A DNA stretch of 55,980 nucleotides from Steroidobacteraceae bacterium. Its GTDB lineage: Bacteria > Pseudomonadota > Gammaproteobacteria > Steroidobacterales > Steroidobacteraceae. Positions 1 to 9,579 of the stretch are shown one piece after another (positions within the stretch are counted from its first letter, which is position 1; each line of letters begins with the position of its first letter). The translations under genes and the position numbers were made by a program. The notes beneath the pieces are model-generated. The model saw nothing but the letters and a program-made list of their open reading frames with translations. It was not told where the DNA came from and did not search any database. The stretch covers positions 1-55,980 of the forward strand of contig JBELAR010000001.1 of assembly GCA_049508555.1 (NCBI GenBank), in the 5' to 3' direction.

Positions 1-108
1 CGATGGTCGTATCTGATTGCCGATGAACGCTGGTTTCGAACCTGCACATCGTCACCCGGGCACGCCACCAGAGCGCCTGCCGATCTAGCGGTGCAGCATG
101 GAGATTGA
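1..108 (+). CDS. 3' end of an unidentified upstream CDS (partial, runs off the window start)
   Basis: Frame 1 is open from base 1 to TGA at 106-108 and overlaps the ATG at 98 by 11 nt, an operon-style junction. No recognisable motif in the 35 codons. Confidence 0.25.
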   Translation, partial: RWSYLIADERWFRTCTSSPGHATRAPADLAVQHGD

Positions 109-1360
109 CGGCTCACTGCCCGAGCTTCGAGCCGTTGAAAGAGCTTTGCGCGATACTACGGAAACTCTCGCTTGCGAGCTCATCAGTGCGTCAGCGACGG
201 CGCCAAACTGGAATGCCTTCCAGTGGCAGATCGCGCTCGCCGTCGCGGTGATGCATGGCGTAACCCCACTGCTGTCGAGCACACTGCGTTGGCGCGGCCC
301 TGCAGCGTGGCAGCAATTTCTGAGCGCTCAGAGGGCCCACACACTCGTGCGCCAGCGGCGCATTGTCCAAGTGCTGGCGAACATCGACGCGGCGGCGCAC
401 ATTGAGCAAGTGGCCATACTGCCGCTCAAAGGGGTCGCGCTCCACGAACTTGGCATCTACCAGGCCGGCGAGCGACCCATGGCCGACATTGATCTGCTGG
501 TGCGGCCGCGAGACGCCGCCGCGGCGACGCGACTGCTCGCGATGCTGGGTTATCTCGAGACCGGCAACACGGGGCGGGAGCGAATCTTTGAAGCTATCGG
601 TTCTGTCGCTCCCGCCGATTGGGCCGAACATGGTGACAACCCAGTGAAGATCGAACTGCATGAAAGGATCGCCGAGCCGTTGCCGATCGCGACCGCTGAT
701 ATCACCGCTCGATTGCTGCCACGGCCCGCGCTTCCGGGCGTCAATCCATATCCGTCCGTGGCGGCGCTGATGCTGCATTTGCTGCTACACGCGGCCGGGA
801 ACATCCGAACGCGCGCGGTGCGCCTGCTGCAACTGCACGACATCTCCCGACTCGCAAGTCGTTTGAGTCGCGAAGACTGGGAGCGTGTTCTGCTGCCACA
901 GGGCGAACCAGCTTCCTGGTGGGCTTATCCTCCCCTGCTACTGACCGCCCGCTACCAGCTCTCGAGCATACCAACGCCAATACTGGTGCTCGCCCGAGCC
1001 CAGTGTCCATGGCCGTTGCGCCGCGTCTGCGAGCGATACAGGCTTGTGGACGTATCGCTGTCGAACATGTGGACCCAAGCTTTTCCCGGCATCGAATGGT
1101 CCAATTCCGTACCCGAAGCGCTCCGTTACATATATCGCCGCCTGTTTCCCAATCACGTCCAACAGGCGCAGCGCCAACTCTCCGCTAGGCAGGACTGGGC
1201 CGCGCACAGCCCCTGGATGCGGCAATCGCAGACCCGGCGTATGGTGCAGTGGGTCCTATCCGGACATGCGCGAGTGCCCACCGTAGCGGCCATTCGCGCC
1301 GCCACTGCGCAAGCGGTGATTCCCATGACCGCCGCCCACAGCAGCGGGATCGACGGGTGA
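98..1360 (+). CDS. nucleotidyltransferase family protein (NTP_transf_5-like, 'uncharacterised nucleotidyltransferase')
   Basis: ATG at 98 is preceded by an in-frame TAG (86-88). 420 aa. The 'GERPMADIDLLV' Asp-x-Asp motif and overall layout recall this family. Assignment is from memory, not searched. Confidence 0.6.
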   Translation: MEIDGSLPELRAVERALRDTTETLACELISASATAPNWNAFQWQIALAVAVMHGVTPLLSSTLRWRGPAAWQQFLSAQRAHTLVRQRRIVQVLANIDAAAHIEQVAILPLKGVALHELGIYQAGERPMADIDLLVRPRDAAAATRLLAMLGYLETGNTGRERIFEAIGSVAPADWAEHGDNPVKIELHERIAEPLPIATADITARLLPRPALPGVNPYPSVAALMLHLLLHAAGNIRTRAVRLLQLHDISRLASRLSREDWERVLLPQGEPASWWAYPPLLLTARYQLSSIPTPILVLARAQCPWPLRRVCERYRLVDVSLSNMWTQAFPGIEWSNSVPEALRYIYRRLFPNHVQQAQRQLSARQDWAAHSPWMRQSQTRRMVQWVLSGHARVPTVAAIRAATAQAVIPMTAAHSSGIDG

Positions 1361-2461
1361 TCAGCTCACCAAAGTTCGGTAGAGGCGCTGGAACTGGGCC
1401 GCGGTGTAATCGGCATCCTCGCTCGTGCCGCGTCGATAGGCCTCGCGGGCCACTTGCAGGCGTAAGTCCTCATCCTCTAGCAGTGCGCTTATGGTCGCAG
1501 CAAGCGCGGCCGAGTTACCGATGGCAACCGCGCGTGACGCAGTTGGCGCCCACTCCGCGATGTGTCCCACCGCCGTACCCACCGTGGGCACGCCGACAAT
1601 GGCGGCTTCTAAAAACACCACCGGCCCGGCTTCATGGCGTGAAGCGATGATGTGGAGATGGGCCGCCTCCATGATCGGTCGTAGTGCCGGCTGTGGCAGA
1701 AACCCGTGGAAACGGATCTTATCAGCGAGTCCGAGCTCTTCCGCCAGTGATTGGATTGCGCCGTGCAGCGTATCCTCACCCACGACGTCAAGCCGAAATT
1801 TCAAACCTGAGGAGGCCAGCGCTGCCAGCGCATGCAACATCGTCGGCTGGTCTTTGACACGATTGAGGCTGGCCACATGAATCAGTCTGGCGGCCTCGCC
1901 CGCGCGGCGCGCCACCGGTTCGCGCGGCGGCCATGCGGTCAGATCAACGCCCAGCGGCACGCGCTGCGCGCTGTGTCCGAGTGCCGTGAGCGCACGCAGC
2001 ATTGGTGCGCTCGCGGCGGTAACGGCGGATGCCGAGCGCAACACCAAGGCTTCCCGCAAGCGGCCCTTCCAGCTCATCCGGCCGCCATATTGAATGTCAG
2101 GCAACGCCAGAAGTTCGCCGCCGGCGATATGGACCACGCTGGGTGCACCGATCAGGCGTGCGGCCAATACCGCCACGCACCCGCAGTTGGCGGACCAGAT
2201 GGCTTGCACCACGTCGAATCGCTTGGCGGAGTTGATCCGCAGAATTGCGGCTACCGCGCGCGCGCGCGTGAATTGGGCGCCGATATTGTGGATTGCGGCG
2301 CCGCACAGCGACCAGTCCGCCGGCAGGGCCTCCTGTGCGAGCGCAAACACATGCACCTCGTGATGCTGTGCCAATCGTTGAATCAGCGCCAGTATCACCG
2401 GAATGACACGGTGCTCACCGGAGCGGTCCACACCGCCGGGCACTACCAGTGCGATTTTCAT
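1361..2461 (-). CDS. glycosyltransferase, GT-B fold (GT4-like)
   Basis: 366 aa. N-terminus 'MKIALVVPGG'. C-terminal GT4 pattern 'SRHEAGPVVFLEAAIVGVPTVGTAVG'. Its stop abuts the stop of the convergent gene (TGATCA at 1358-1363). Confidence 0.8.
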   Translation of the reverse strand: MKIALVVPGGVDRSGEHRVIPVILALIQRLAQHHEVHVFALAQEALPADWSLCGAAIHNIGAQFTRARAVAAILRINSAKRFDVVQAIWSANCGCVAVLAARLIGAPSVVHIAGGELLALPDIQYGGRMSWKGRLREALVLRSASAVTAASAPMLRALTALGHSAQRVPLGVDLTAWPPREPVARRAGEAARLIHVASLNRVKDQPTMLHALAALASSGLKFRLDVVGEDTLHGAIQSLAEELGLADKIRFHGFLPQPALRPIMEAAHLHIIASRHEAGPVVFLEAAIVGVPTVGTAVGHIAEWAPTASRAVAIGNSAALAATISALLEDEDLRLQVAREAYRRGTSEDADYTAAQFQRLYRTLVS

Positions 2462-2510
2462 CGTTGCTCCAACATACCAGAGATCCTTGAGCTGTTGTGG
2501 TCACCGCGTC

Positions 2511-3332
2511 ATGACGGATGACAACTCATCACGCTCGCTGCGCGAGACCCGCGATGCGTTCGACAGCGTCGCCGCCGACTACGATGGCCCGCGTGGTAAT
2601 AACTCGCAGATCCAGCACTTGCGTGAGGAAATGTGGCGCTGGCTGGATGCCGCATTCACCTCCCCCAGTCGATTGCTGGATCTGGGTTGCGGCACCGGAC
2701 TGGATGCCATCCGCATGGCGCATCGTGGACATCGCATCACGGCAACCGATTGGTCGGTCCAGATGGTTGCTCGAACCCACGATCGTGCGCTGCGCGAAGG
2801 GGTGGCGAATCGAGTGCAAGCGCTGAACATCGGTGCGCACGAGCTCCAAAGACTCGACGGAACAGGTGAGTATGACGGGGCGTATTCGAACCTCGGTCCG
2901 CTCAATTGTGTGCCGGAGCAAAATGAGGTGTCGCGCGAGTGTGCACGGCTCCTCAGGCCCGGGGGAGTGCTGATCTTCTCGGTGATCGGCCGCATATGTC
3001 CGTGGGAAGTGGCGTATTACTTGGGCCGGAGGCGTTGGGCCAGGGCCGTGGTGCGTTATGCCCGCGACGTCGTGCCAGTGAGCATGAATAAGCGCACCAT
3101 CTGGACTCGTTATTACACACCGCGCCAATTCTATCGTCCCTACGAGCGCAATTTCCGACTCGCGCATTATCGCGGCCTTTGCCTATTCGCACCGCCCCCC
3201 TATCTGACGTCGGTTCGTGAACGGCATCCCTATTGGTATGAGCGGCTGTGGCGTATCGACCGGCGAGCGTCAGGTTGGCCATTGCTCCGATCGATGGGCG
3301 ATCACTTTCTGATCGTCATGAGGAAGCGCTGA
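2511..3332 (+). CDS. class I SAM-dependent methyltransferase
   Basis: ATG at 2511 chosen; the ORF-track start at 2403 would overlap the divergent GT. SAM motif I 'LLDLGCGTGLDA', then 'ITATDWS' and 'LRPGGVLIFSV'. Confidence 0.8.
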   Translation: MTDDNSSRSLRETRDAFDSVAADYDGPRGNNSQIQHLREEMWRWLDAAFTSPSRLLDLGCGTGLDAIRMAHRGHRITATDWSVQMVARTHDRALREGVANRVQALNIGAHELQRLDGTGEYDGAYSNLGPLNCVPEQNEVSRECARLLRPGGVLIFSVIGRICPWEVAYYLGRRRWARAVVRYARDVVPVSMNKRTIWTRYYTPRQFYRPYERNFRLAHYRGLCLFAPPPYLTSVRERHPYWYERLWRIDRRASGWPLLRSMGDHFLIVMRKR

Positions 3333-3355
3333 GCGCCACTTGGCCAAAATCTAGA

Positions 3356-4105
3356 ATGAATACTATCCATACGGGCAAAGACTACGTCGAAGCAATCACT
3401 GCATTGCACTCGGACCGCCGGGCGCGCTCGGCATTTCAGGAACTCGTTCTAAGGGTTGCCTCTCCGGGCGCCGCCCTCTTCGACTTCGGAGCTGGGCCGG
3501 GTATCGACGCACGATTCTTTGCCGAGCGCGGCTTTACCGTCGACGCATACGATGTCGACCCTGGGATGTCCGAGTATTTTGCCGCCCATTGTCAGGACCT
3601 CATCCAAGCCGGGTCAATCGCGCTCGAAACCGGGAGCTATCGCGATTTCCTGGCCAATAATGCTGTAGCCGGTGGGCGACGGGTGGACCTGGTTATCTCG
3701 AACATGGCGCCCCTCAATCTCATCGAGCGATTACAGGAACTGTTCGCGAAATTTCATGCTCTCACGGCGCCGGACGGCAAAGTCCTGGCAAGCGTTCTCA
3801 GTCCGTACTTCATCGGTGACCTGCGATACGCCTGGTGGTGGCGCAATGCCGCTCGGCTGTGGCGTGCTGGTCATTTCTCCGTACCAGGCGCACAAGGACC
3901 TATTGTGCGGCGACGCGTGGCCGATTTCGCCGCACAAAGCACGCCTTACTTCACGCTCGAGCGGGTGTTTCGCGGACTGCCGCCGTCAAGCAGGCGGCAC
4001 GCCCATGGCATCGATGCGACTCGAAACGGCCGAAATGCGTGGCTGCACGTCCTCACCTGCCGGTTCATGATCCTGTTGTTTCAAAAGCGCAAGGTGCCGC
4101 AATAA
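3356..4105 (+). CDS. class I SAM-dependent methyltransferase
   Basis: ATG at 3356, 23 nt after the previous stop. Motif I 'LFDFGAGPGIDA', then 'VDAYDVDPGM' and 'LTAPDGKVLASV'. Confidence 0.7.
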   Translation: MNTIHTGKDYVEAITALHSDRRARSAFQELVLRVASPGAALFDFGAGPGIDARFFAERGFTVDAYDVDPGMSEYFAAHCQDLIQAGSIALETGSYRDFLANNAVAGGRRVDLVISNMAPLNLIERLQELFAKFHALTAPDGKVLASVLSPYFIGDLRYAWWWRNAARLWRAGHFSVPGAQGPIVRRRVADFAAQSTPYFTLERVFRGLPPSSRRHAHGIDATRNGRNAWLHVLTCRFMILLFQKRKVPQ

Positions 4106-5077
4106 ATGGGTGCGTCCGCCATGAGCCGGTGGTTACCAACAGCCTTGAAGCAGAAACTTCGAGCATTGCCGCAGTGGTCGGCGATCGCGTTGCGCGAGCC
4201 GCAGGCAGCCGTTGAAGTACGCATGTTCGCCGCCGGCGGCAATTTCGATGTGACACGTAACAGCGTTGTCGCAGCACTCAGGCCGTTGACCCTCGCGGTG
4301 GGTCTCGGCGAGCAGATCATCTCGACTATGAAAGAGGGCTCGGAGCCTGCGCTCCACTTTGTAGATCTGGAATCGCGGCACACGCTGGGAGTGCTGCATC
4401 TGCGCCAGATCCGGGATCCGAGCCTGGCGGCATCCCAAATCGGTTTGTTCGAAATTCGGCACGGAGCGCAGTATTGCGTTCGCTGGCCATATCGGCCTTG
4501 GAACCGCTGGTTGCAGAATCGCGCGATGCGGAAACATTCCGATCCGAACAATTTTTCGATGCCGCCTGCCGCGGTTCAACAGCTGATGATTTTCTATATT
4601 CGTCCGCGGCCGGTCGTTCTGGTTTCAGTGGACGATGGTCACCACAGCAACATCTTTCCGATGGATCTGATAGGTCACATTGCACCGGATTATTTCACGT
4701 TGGCACTTCGCAGCACGAGCCAGTCGATTGCGACGATGAAGACCGCGCGCCGAGTCGCGCTCTCGAGTATAGCCGCCCAGGATCGCGCTATTGCGTATCA
4801 GCTTGGTGCCCACCACAAGAACGTACAAGTCGAGTGGGATCGTCTCCCTTTCAGGATCCAGCGATCCAATAACTATGCTCTGCCTTGCCCGGAAACGGCG
4901 CTGGGAATTCGCGAACTCGATATCTTGAGTTTTGAGTCCATAGGATCTCACACCTTCTTCATCACGCGAATCGCGTCCGAGCGTTCGTTCAGAGACAGCC
5001 CACAGCTGTGTCATACCAGCGGCATCCACCAATATTTTAGATCTCGCAATGGAGGAGTGCTTCAGCTCGCGCCTTAG
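4106..5077 (+). CDS. hypothetical protein, possible flavin-reductase-like (FMN-binding split-barrel) domain
   Basis: ATG directly follows the TAA of the previous gene. 323 aa. 'PRPVVLVSVDDGHHSNIFPMD...FTLALRS...GSHTFFITRI' resembles the flavin reductase-like fold. Resemblance is weak. Confidence 0.45.
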   Translation: MGASAMSRWLPTALKQKLRALPQWSAIALREPQAAVEVRMFAAGGNFDVTRNSVVAALRPLTLAVGLGEQIISTMKEGSEPALHFVDLESRHTLGVLHLRQIRDPSLAASQIGLFEIRHGAQYCVRWPYRPWNRWLQNRAMRKHSDPNNFSMPPAAVQQLMIFYIRPRPVVLVSVDDGHHSNIFPMDLIGHIAPDYFTLALRSTSQSIATMKTARRVALSSIAAQDRAIAYQLGAHHKNVQVEWDRLPFRIQRSNNYALPCPETALGIRELDILSFESIGSHTFFITRIASERSFRDSPQLCHTSGIHQYFRSRNGGVLQLAP

Positions 5078-5128
5078 TTTCCGACATTCGGGTGCTTGCG
5101 ACTATCAGACTTAGCTGCGCTTGCAAAG

Positions 5129-6916
5129 TTACCAGGCCGCACACACCTCTGGCGTCGCCATCAGCTCATCGTACTTTCCGCTTCGGATTAGTCTCCCGGC
5201 TTCCAGCTCGAAGATCAGATCGCAATGCCGGAGCGTGGTGCGGCGATGAGCGATCAGCAGAATCGTCCGATCTCGCCGAAGTGCCTGCAGCGTATCGACT
5301 ATCGCTTGCTCGGCGGCCGCGTCCAGCGCACCGGTCGCCTCGTCCATGATCAAGACCGAGGCGTCACGATACAGCGCCCGCGCGATCCCCAAACGTTGTC
5401 GCTGCCCACCACTCAGGCGGCTACCTCGTTCACCCAGCACTTCGCTGTATCCGTTGGGCAATGCCGCCACGCAGTCGTCCAATCGGGCGAGCGTGGCCGC
5501 CGAGCGGACACGCGTCAGATCGATCTGAGAAACCGTGACTCCAAGGGCGATGTTCTCGGACAGCGCGGTATCGAGCAGAAAGATCTGCTGCGGGACGTAG
5601 GCAATTACCGATTGCCAAGCACGGCGATTGACGTCATCGACGACCATTCCATCAATTGCCAAGTGCCCTGACTCCGGGACCAGCAGCCCGGCTAACAGAT
5701 CAACCAGAGTGGTTTTGCCCGAGCCATTGGCGCCGATGAATCCGACCATTGCGCCGCTCGGAATGCGCAGCGTAACATTCGAGACTGCGGCCGGAAGCTC
5801 GGCGGTATGACGATACGAGACGGCTTCCAGCCTGATGTCGTGGCGGGGCCTGCCGCGCCAGGAGCGATCCGTCGGAGCGCAGCGAAGCAGGGGTCTGCCC
5901 GCCCGTGCTTGCCGCAAATCGGCGGCGATGCCCTCGAACGCCGGACGCTCTCCACGGATCCTCACAATGGCCGCAAAAGCTTGCTGCAATGCGGGCAATA
6001 ACCGGTAAGCGGCAAGCCCAATGAACGTGAGCTGCGCGATCCACGGACTCGCTACCTCGCTGCGGCCACTCAAGTAAAGGGCGGTTCCGACCAGGCTGCA
6101 AACAGTAACGCATTCCAGAAAGTGACGCGGGCTCTGCGAGATTGCAAGGGTGCTGACTATCGTCTTGGAAATCGATCTGCAACGCTCCGTAAACTTATCG
6201 ACGAACAGCGGCTGCGCCTGCTGCAGGATGATCTCCTTGATCGCGCCGAAGCTCTCGCCGACCAGTTTGGTCCGCGCGACGAATTCGTGACTTTCCTTCA
6301 GCCCGTTTCGCAGCAGCTTGCCGCGGGCCATGGCGTAGATTGCGCCGTAGCTTATGGTCAATGTGGCGAAAGCAGCGATCGCGACCAGCGGGTTGAAAAA
6401 CACGATCGAGGCCACGATGAAAGCGATTGTCACCAGGTTGGTGATGAGAATTAGGCCGCTCTGGAGGATTCCTGTGGTGACTCGGGCGGTCTCATAAAGT
6501 ACTTTGCTCGACAGCGTCGAACTGTTGGTTATCGAATGAAACGCGTAGCTCCGGTAAAGGTATTCTTCGAATAAGGCTGCACAAAACGTGTCACCGACCT
6601 GGAAAGCGAAGCGATTCATCGTCAGCGACCCAATCAGGTTGATGGCATTTGCAAGCGCGATTACGCTAGCAAACGCCGCTCCAAGCGCGAGGACGAAGCG
6701 GCGCTCACTGTCAAAGTGCAAGTGTAAATAGAGAAAGTGCAGCAACGCACTACGATCGACCGCATTTGGATCCGCCAGTACGCTGAAGAAGGGCACCACC
6801 GCGGCAATTCCACCCACAGTCGAGACTGCCATAAGTGCACACAGCAGTTGCAGCACGACCAACCGTCGTCGCTGCCGCCGGTCAAGCAGACGCCATACAG
6901 CTGGCAGTATCTTCAT
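5129..6916 (-). CDS. ABC exporter, fused permease/ATPase (MsbA-like half transporter)
   Basis: ATG at 6916, 7 nt after the upstream GT stop; the ORF-track start at 7114 overlaps that GT. N-terminal TM domain. Walker A 'GANGSGKTT', signature 'LSGGQRQR', Walker B 'VLIMDEAT'. No peptidase domain. Confidence 0.9.
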   Translation of the reverse strand: MKILPAVWRLLDRRQRRRLVVLQLLCALMAVSTVGGIAAVVPFFSVLADPNAVDRSALLHFLYLHLHFDSERRFVLALGAAFASVIALANAINLIGSLTMNRFAFQVGDTFCAALFEEYLYRSYAFHSITNSSTLSSKVLYETARVTTGILQSGLILITNLVTIAFIVASIVFFNPLVAIAAFATLTISYGAIYAMARGKLLRNGLKESHEFVARTKLVGESFGAIKEIILQQAQPLFVDKFTERCRSISKTIVSTLAISQSPRHFLECVTVCSLVGTALYLSGRSEVASPWIAQLTFIGLAAYRLLPALQQAFAAIVRIRGERPAFEGIAADLRQARAGRPLLRCAPTDRSWRGRPRHDIRLEAVSYRHTAELPAAVSNVTLRIPSGAMVGFIGANGSGKTTLVDLLAGLLVPESGHLAIDGMVVDDVNRRAWQSVIAYVPQQIFLLDTALSENIALGVTVSQIDLTRVRSAATLARLDDCVAALPNGYSEVLGERGSRLSGGQRQRLGIARALYRDASVLIMDEATGALDAAAEQAIVDTLQALRRDRTILLIAHRRTTLRHCDLIFELEAGRLIRSGKYDELMATPEVCAAW

Positions 6917-6923
6917 GGGACAT

Positions 6924-8051
6924 TCATATCTGCTGGCGTTGCAGCAGATCCTGGTACATCGCATGCAGTTTTCGGCCGAGCGCAGTACAAGACAACTCCG
7001 CATCGAAATGCGCTCGTACCGCCTCACGTATTGTTGGCTGCGGCTTTGACGCCAGCGACAACAGAGCCTGGCACAACTCGCGCGGGTCGCCACACTGCCA
7101 CAGTGCCCCCACAATGCCGTCCCCGGTGAGCGAGCGAAACGATGGGATGTCAGTTACGACTGGCGGTAATCCGCAGGCGAGCGCCTCGATCAGAGAATAG
7201 CCGCTACCTTCCCGGTGACTGCCCAACACGAAGAAGTCGGCCGCCCGCATCAGTTGCTCGATTCTGTCATGGGGTACGCGGCCCAGCAGATGAACTCTGC
7301 CGCGCAATAGCGGATCGAGGGCAATTCGACGTTGAACCGCGTGCAGCAGCGGTGCAGTACCGAAGCAGCAATAAACCTGCAGATCCGGCAGCACGGGTGC
7401 AGCCTTGCTGATGCCCTCCAACATCGTGAGCGGATCCTTGTTGGCATCCAGATGTCCAACCCACAGTAGCAGCGGGCTGCCCTTCAGACCGGTCGCGCGG
7501 CGTGCTTCTTCCTTATCGCCCGGCGCGAAGCGACTGGTGGATTCAGGAATTTCATATACCTTTGTGCGCGGCTGTATGTGACCGGCAGTTACAAACGGCT
7601 GTGCCTGCCGCTTTGAACAGAATGCGATTCCCGACGCCACAGCTAGCCCGCGTCGCCATATTCGACGCCGCCACGGCCGTGGCGGTCGGTTTGCGTGATC
7701 CTGCAGCAGGAGCGGAATTCCCGTGGTGTCGGCTGCCAGGGACAGAACGTCGCGCGCGAAGCCGAGACCTTGTACGTGCAGCACCTCGGGAGCGATCTTG
7801 CGCAGCAGTTCGGCAAGCGCCCCGGCCGTGTCCCTCACGGTCGCGATGCCTCGGCCGAACGGCAGAAAATGGTAGCTCACGCCGTTGCGTATCAGGTGCT
7901 GCGAGTTGCGGCAAGCCTGTACGACTGAAATTCGGATGCCCGCGCGGGACGCGGCTTCAGCCACATCAACCAGAGTCGGCCAGTCGAGTAGAAGCTGCTC
8001 CGGGGCGCGCCCTTGAGGGTCGGCGAAGAAACTAATCTGGGCGACGTGCAA
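6924..8051 (-). CDS. glycosyltransferase, GT-B fold (GT4-like)
   Basis: 375 aa. C-terminal 'SHREGSGYSLIEALACGLPPVVTDIPSF' is the GT4 E-x7-E region. Confidence 0.8.
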   Translation of the reverse strand: MHVAQISFFADPQGRAPEQLLLDWPTLVDVAEAASRAGIRISVVQACRNSQHLIRNGVSYHFLPFGRGIATVRDTAGALAELLRKIAPEVLHVQGLGFARDVLSLAADTTGIPLLLQDHANRPPRPWRRRIWRRGLAVASGIAFCSKRQAQPFVTAGHIQPRTKVYEIPESTSRFAPGDKEEARRATGLKGSPLLLWVGHLDANKDPLTMLEGISKAAPVLPDLQVYCCFGTAPLLHAVQRRIALDPLLRGRVHLLGRVPHDRIEQLMRAADFFVLGSHREGSGYSLIEALACGLPPVVTDIPSFRSLTGDGIVGALWQCGDPRELCQALLSLASKPQPTIREAVRAHFDAELSCTALGRKLHAMYQDLLQRQQI

Positions 8052-8068
8052 CTTCGGCTACCTGTGCA

Positions 8069-9577
8069 TCAGAGGCCCGAAACGCGCGGATCCCACAGGC
8101 GGATGAAGCGCTTCGACCATTCGAGCTCCCATGGGCGCTCATATCGCTGACGTGTATAGCGCCACGATGCGAGCGTGCGCAGCGCCAACTTGCCCCAGGA
8201 TGGCGAGCGGACGTCCGTGATGGTCGGGAATCTACACCCGAGAACGGTCGTGAAATCGCGGATCCGACTGCGCAAACGCGGAGTGAGCCACGGTGTGTCG
8301 GTGTGGCACCAGTACCTGATCCATTGGGGTTGGGCCCACTCATCGGCGGTCGCTGGAAACGCCAGCGGCCTGCCGAAGCCGTCCCGCAGCGCGCTCACGG
8401 AACGCTCGACCTGCGCACTGTTGCTGCAGGGTGCCGGCGGCAGCGGTGCGTACACGTAGAGCATGATCTCCGTCTTCGGATGGATCCGCTTGATGTGACG
8501 GATAAACGCGAAGGTTTTTTCTGTTTCGCCCTCAGGGTCCTGCGGAGGCGCCAGCATGAACGACAATTCCGGAATCACTCCGTGGCGGCGGCACTGCTCG
8601 ACGGCTTCGAGAGTTTGATCGATTCGGGTGCCCTTGCGGACATCGTGCAGCAGCCAGTCGCTAGGGGATTCCGCGCCGATATAGGCCATCCGCAGCTGAC
8701 TCTTTTGGACCAGCGCCCAAGAACGCTCTGATAGATTCAACAGCGCGTCAGAGCGCGCAAAGCACCACCACGGCAACTGAAATTTCGCCAGTACCTCGAG
8801 CAGCGGCACCATGTCGACCTCACGATCGAAAAAATTATGGTCATAGAAATTAACCGAGTCGACTCCGTACTGCGCCGTCAGGAACTGCAGCTCCTGTTCG
8901 AGCCGCTCTGGCGCCGGCAGCGCAGTTTTGCCCCGAAACATGGCCGCCACGCCGCAGAAGGTACAGCGGAATCGGCAACCCAAAGCGGCCTGGTAACCGA
9001 TCGTGCGCCGCCCGAGATAGGTTCTGCCCAGATAGCGCAGCGGGTTCCCCAATCGCTCGTAGGGCAGCCTTCTCATAAGACCTGCCGTTGCAAACGCACG
9101 ATTCTGGTTATGGACGATTCGCTCCCCCGAGCGCCAGGACAGTCCCGGAATCGAAGCAAGCGCAGCGTCATCGCCGCAAAACAGTGCGTCCAGGATTTCG
9201 CAGAGCGTGGCCTCTCCCTGGCCTCTGATCGCATAGTCAACGTATGGCGTATTGAGACTGGCTTCGGCGCAGATGGTCGGATAGTGGCCGCCCCAGATGA
9301 TGGGTGTTGCCGGAAACCTCGTGCGGATAGCGCGCGAGACGGATATCGCCGTTCGAAGCTGTGGGCCTCCCATGACGCTGATACCGACTGCATCGACGCG
9401 TCCGCCCTCAAGGGTACGTATCGTGGTGGCGACGAAGTCCCGGTCGATATTGCCGTCGATGATGCTGGATTCGTACCTGCCGTCGAGCGACGCGGACAAA
9501 TTGAGCACCGCGAGCGGAAACCGGGCGCTGCGTCGCGACGTCATCGTCGGGTTGATCAGCAGGATGTGTCTGGACAT
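8069..9577 (-). CDS. B12-binding domain radical SAM protein
   Basis: 502 aa. N-terminal cobalamin-binding-like Rossmann region ('ILLINPT...VDAVGISVMGG...PIIWGGHYPT'), then CxxxCxxC 'CRFRCTFCG'. Confidence 0.85.
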   Translation of the reverse strand: MSRHILLINPTMTSRRSARFPLAVLNLSASLDGRYESSIIDGNIDRDFVATTIRTLEGGRVDAVGISVMGGPQLRTAISVSRAIRTRFPATPIIWGGHYPTICAEASLNTPYVDYAIRGQGEATLCEILDALFCGDDAALASIPGLSWRSGERIVHNQNRAFATAGLMRRLPYERLGNPLRYLGRTYLGRRTIGYQAALGCRFRCTFCGVAAMFRGKTALPAPERLEQELQFLTAQYGVDSVNFYDHNFFDREVDMVPLLEVLAKFQLPWWCFARSDALLNLSERSWALVQKSQLRMAYIGAESPSDWLLHDVRKGTRIDQTLEAVEQCRRHGVIPELSFMLAPPQDPEGETEKTFAFIRHIKRIHPKTEIMLYVYAPLPPAPCSNSAQVERSVSALRDGFGRPLAFPATADEWAQPQWIRYWCHTDTPWLTPRLRSRIRDFTTVLGCRFPTITDVRSPSWGKLALRTLASWRYTRQRYERPWELEWSKRFIRLWDPRVSGL

Positions 9578-9579
9578 GC

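Noticed and set aside
23-88. 21-codon sORF (MNAGFEPAHRHPGTPPERLPI) just upstream of the nucleotidyltransferase gene. Considered as a RiPP precursor.
   Set aside because: It overlaps the open frame 1 that probably belongs to an upstream gene, and it has no RBS or recognisable leader/core features.
2403-2510. N-terminal 36-codon extension of the first methyltransferase ORF.
   Set aside because: It would overlap the divergent GT4 start. The ATG at 2511 gives a normal methyltransferase N-terminus.
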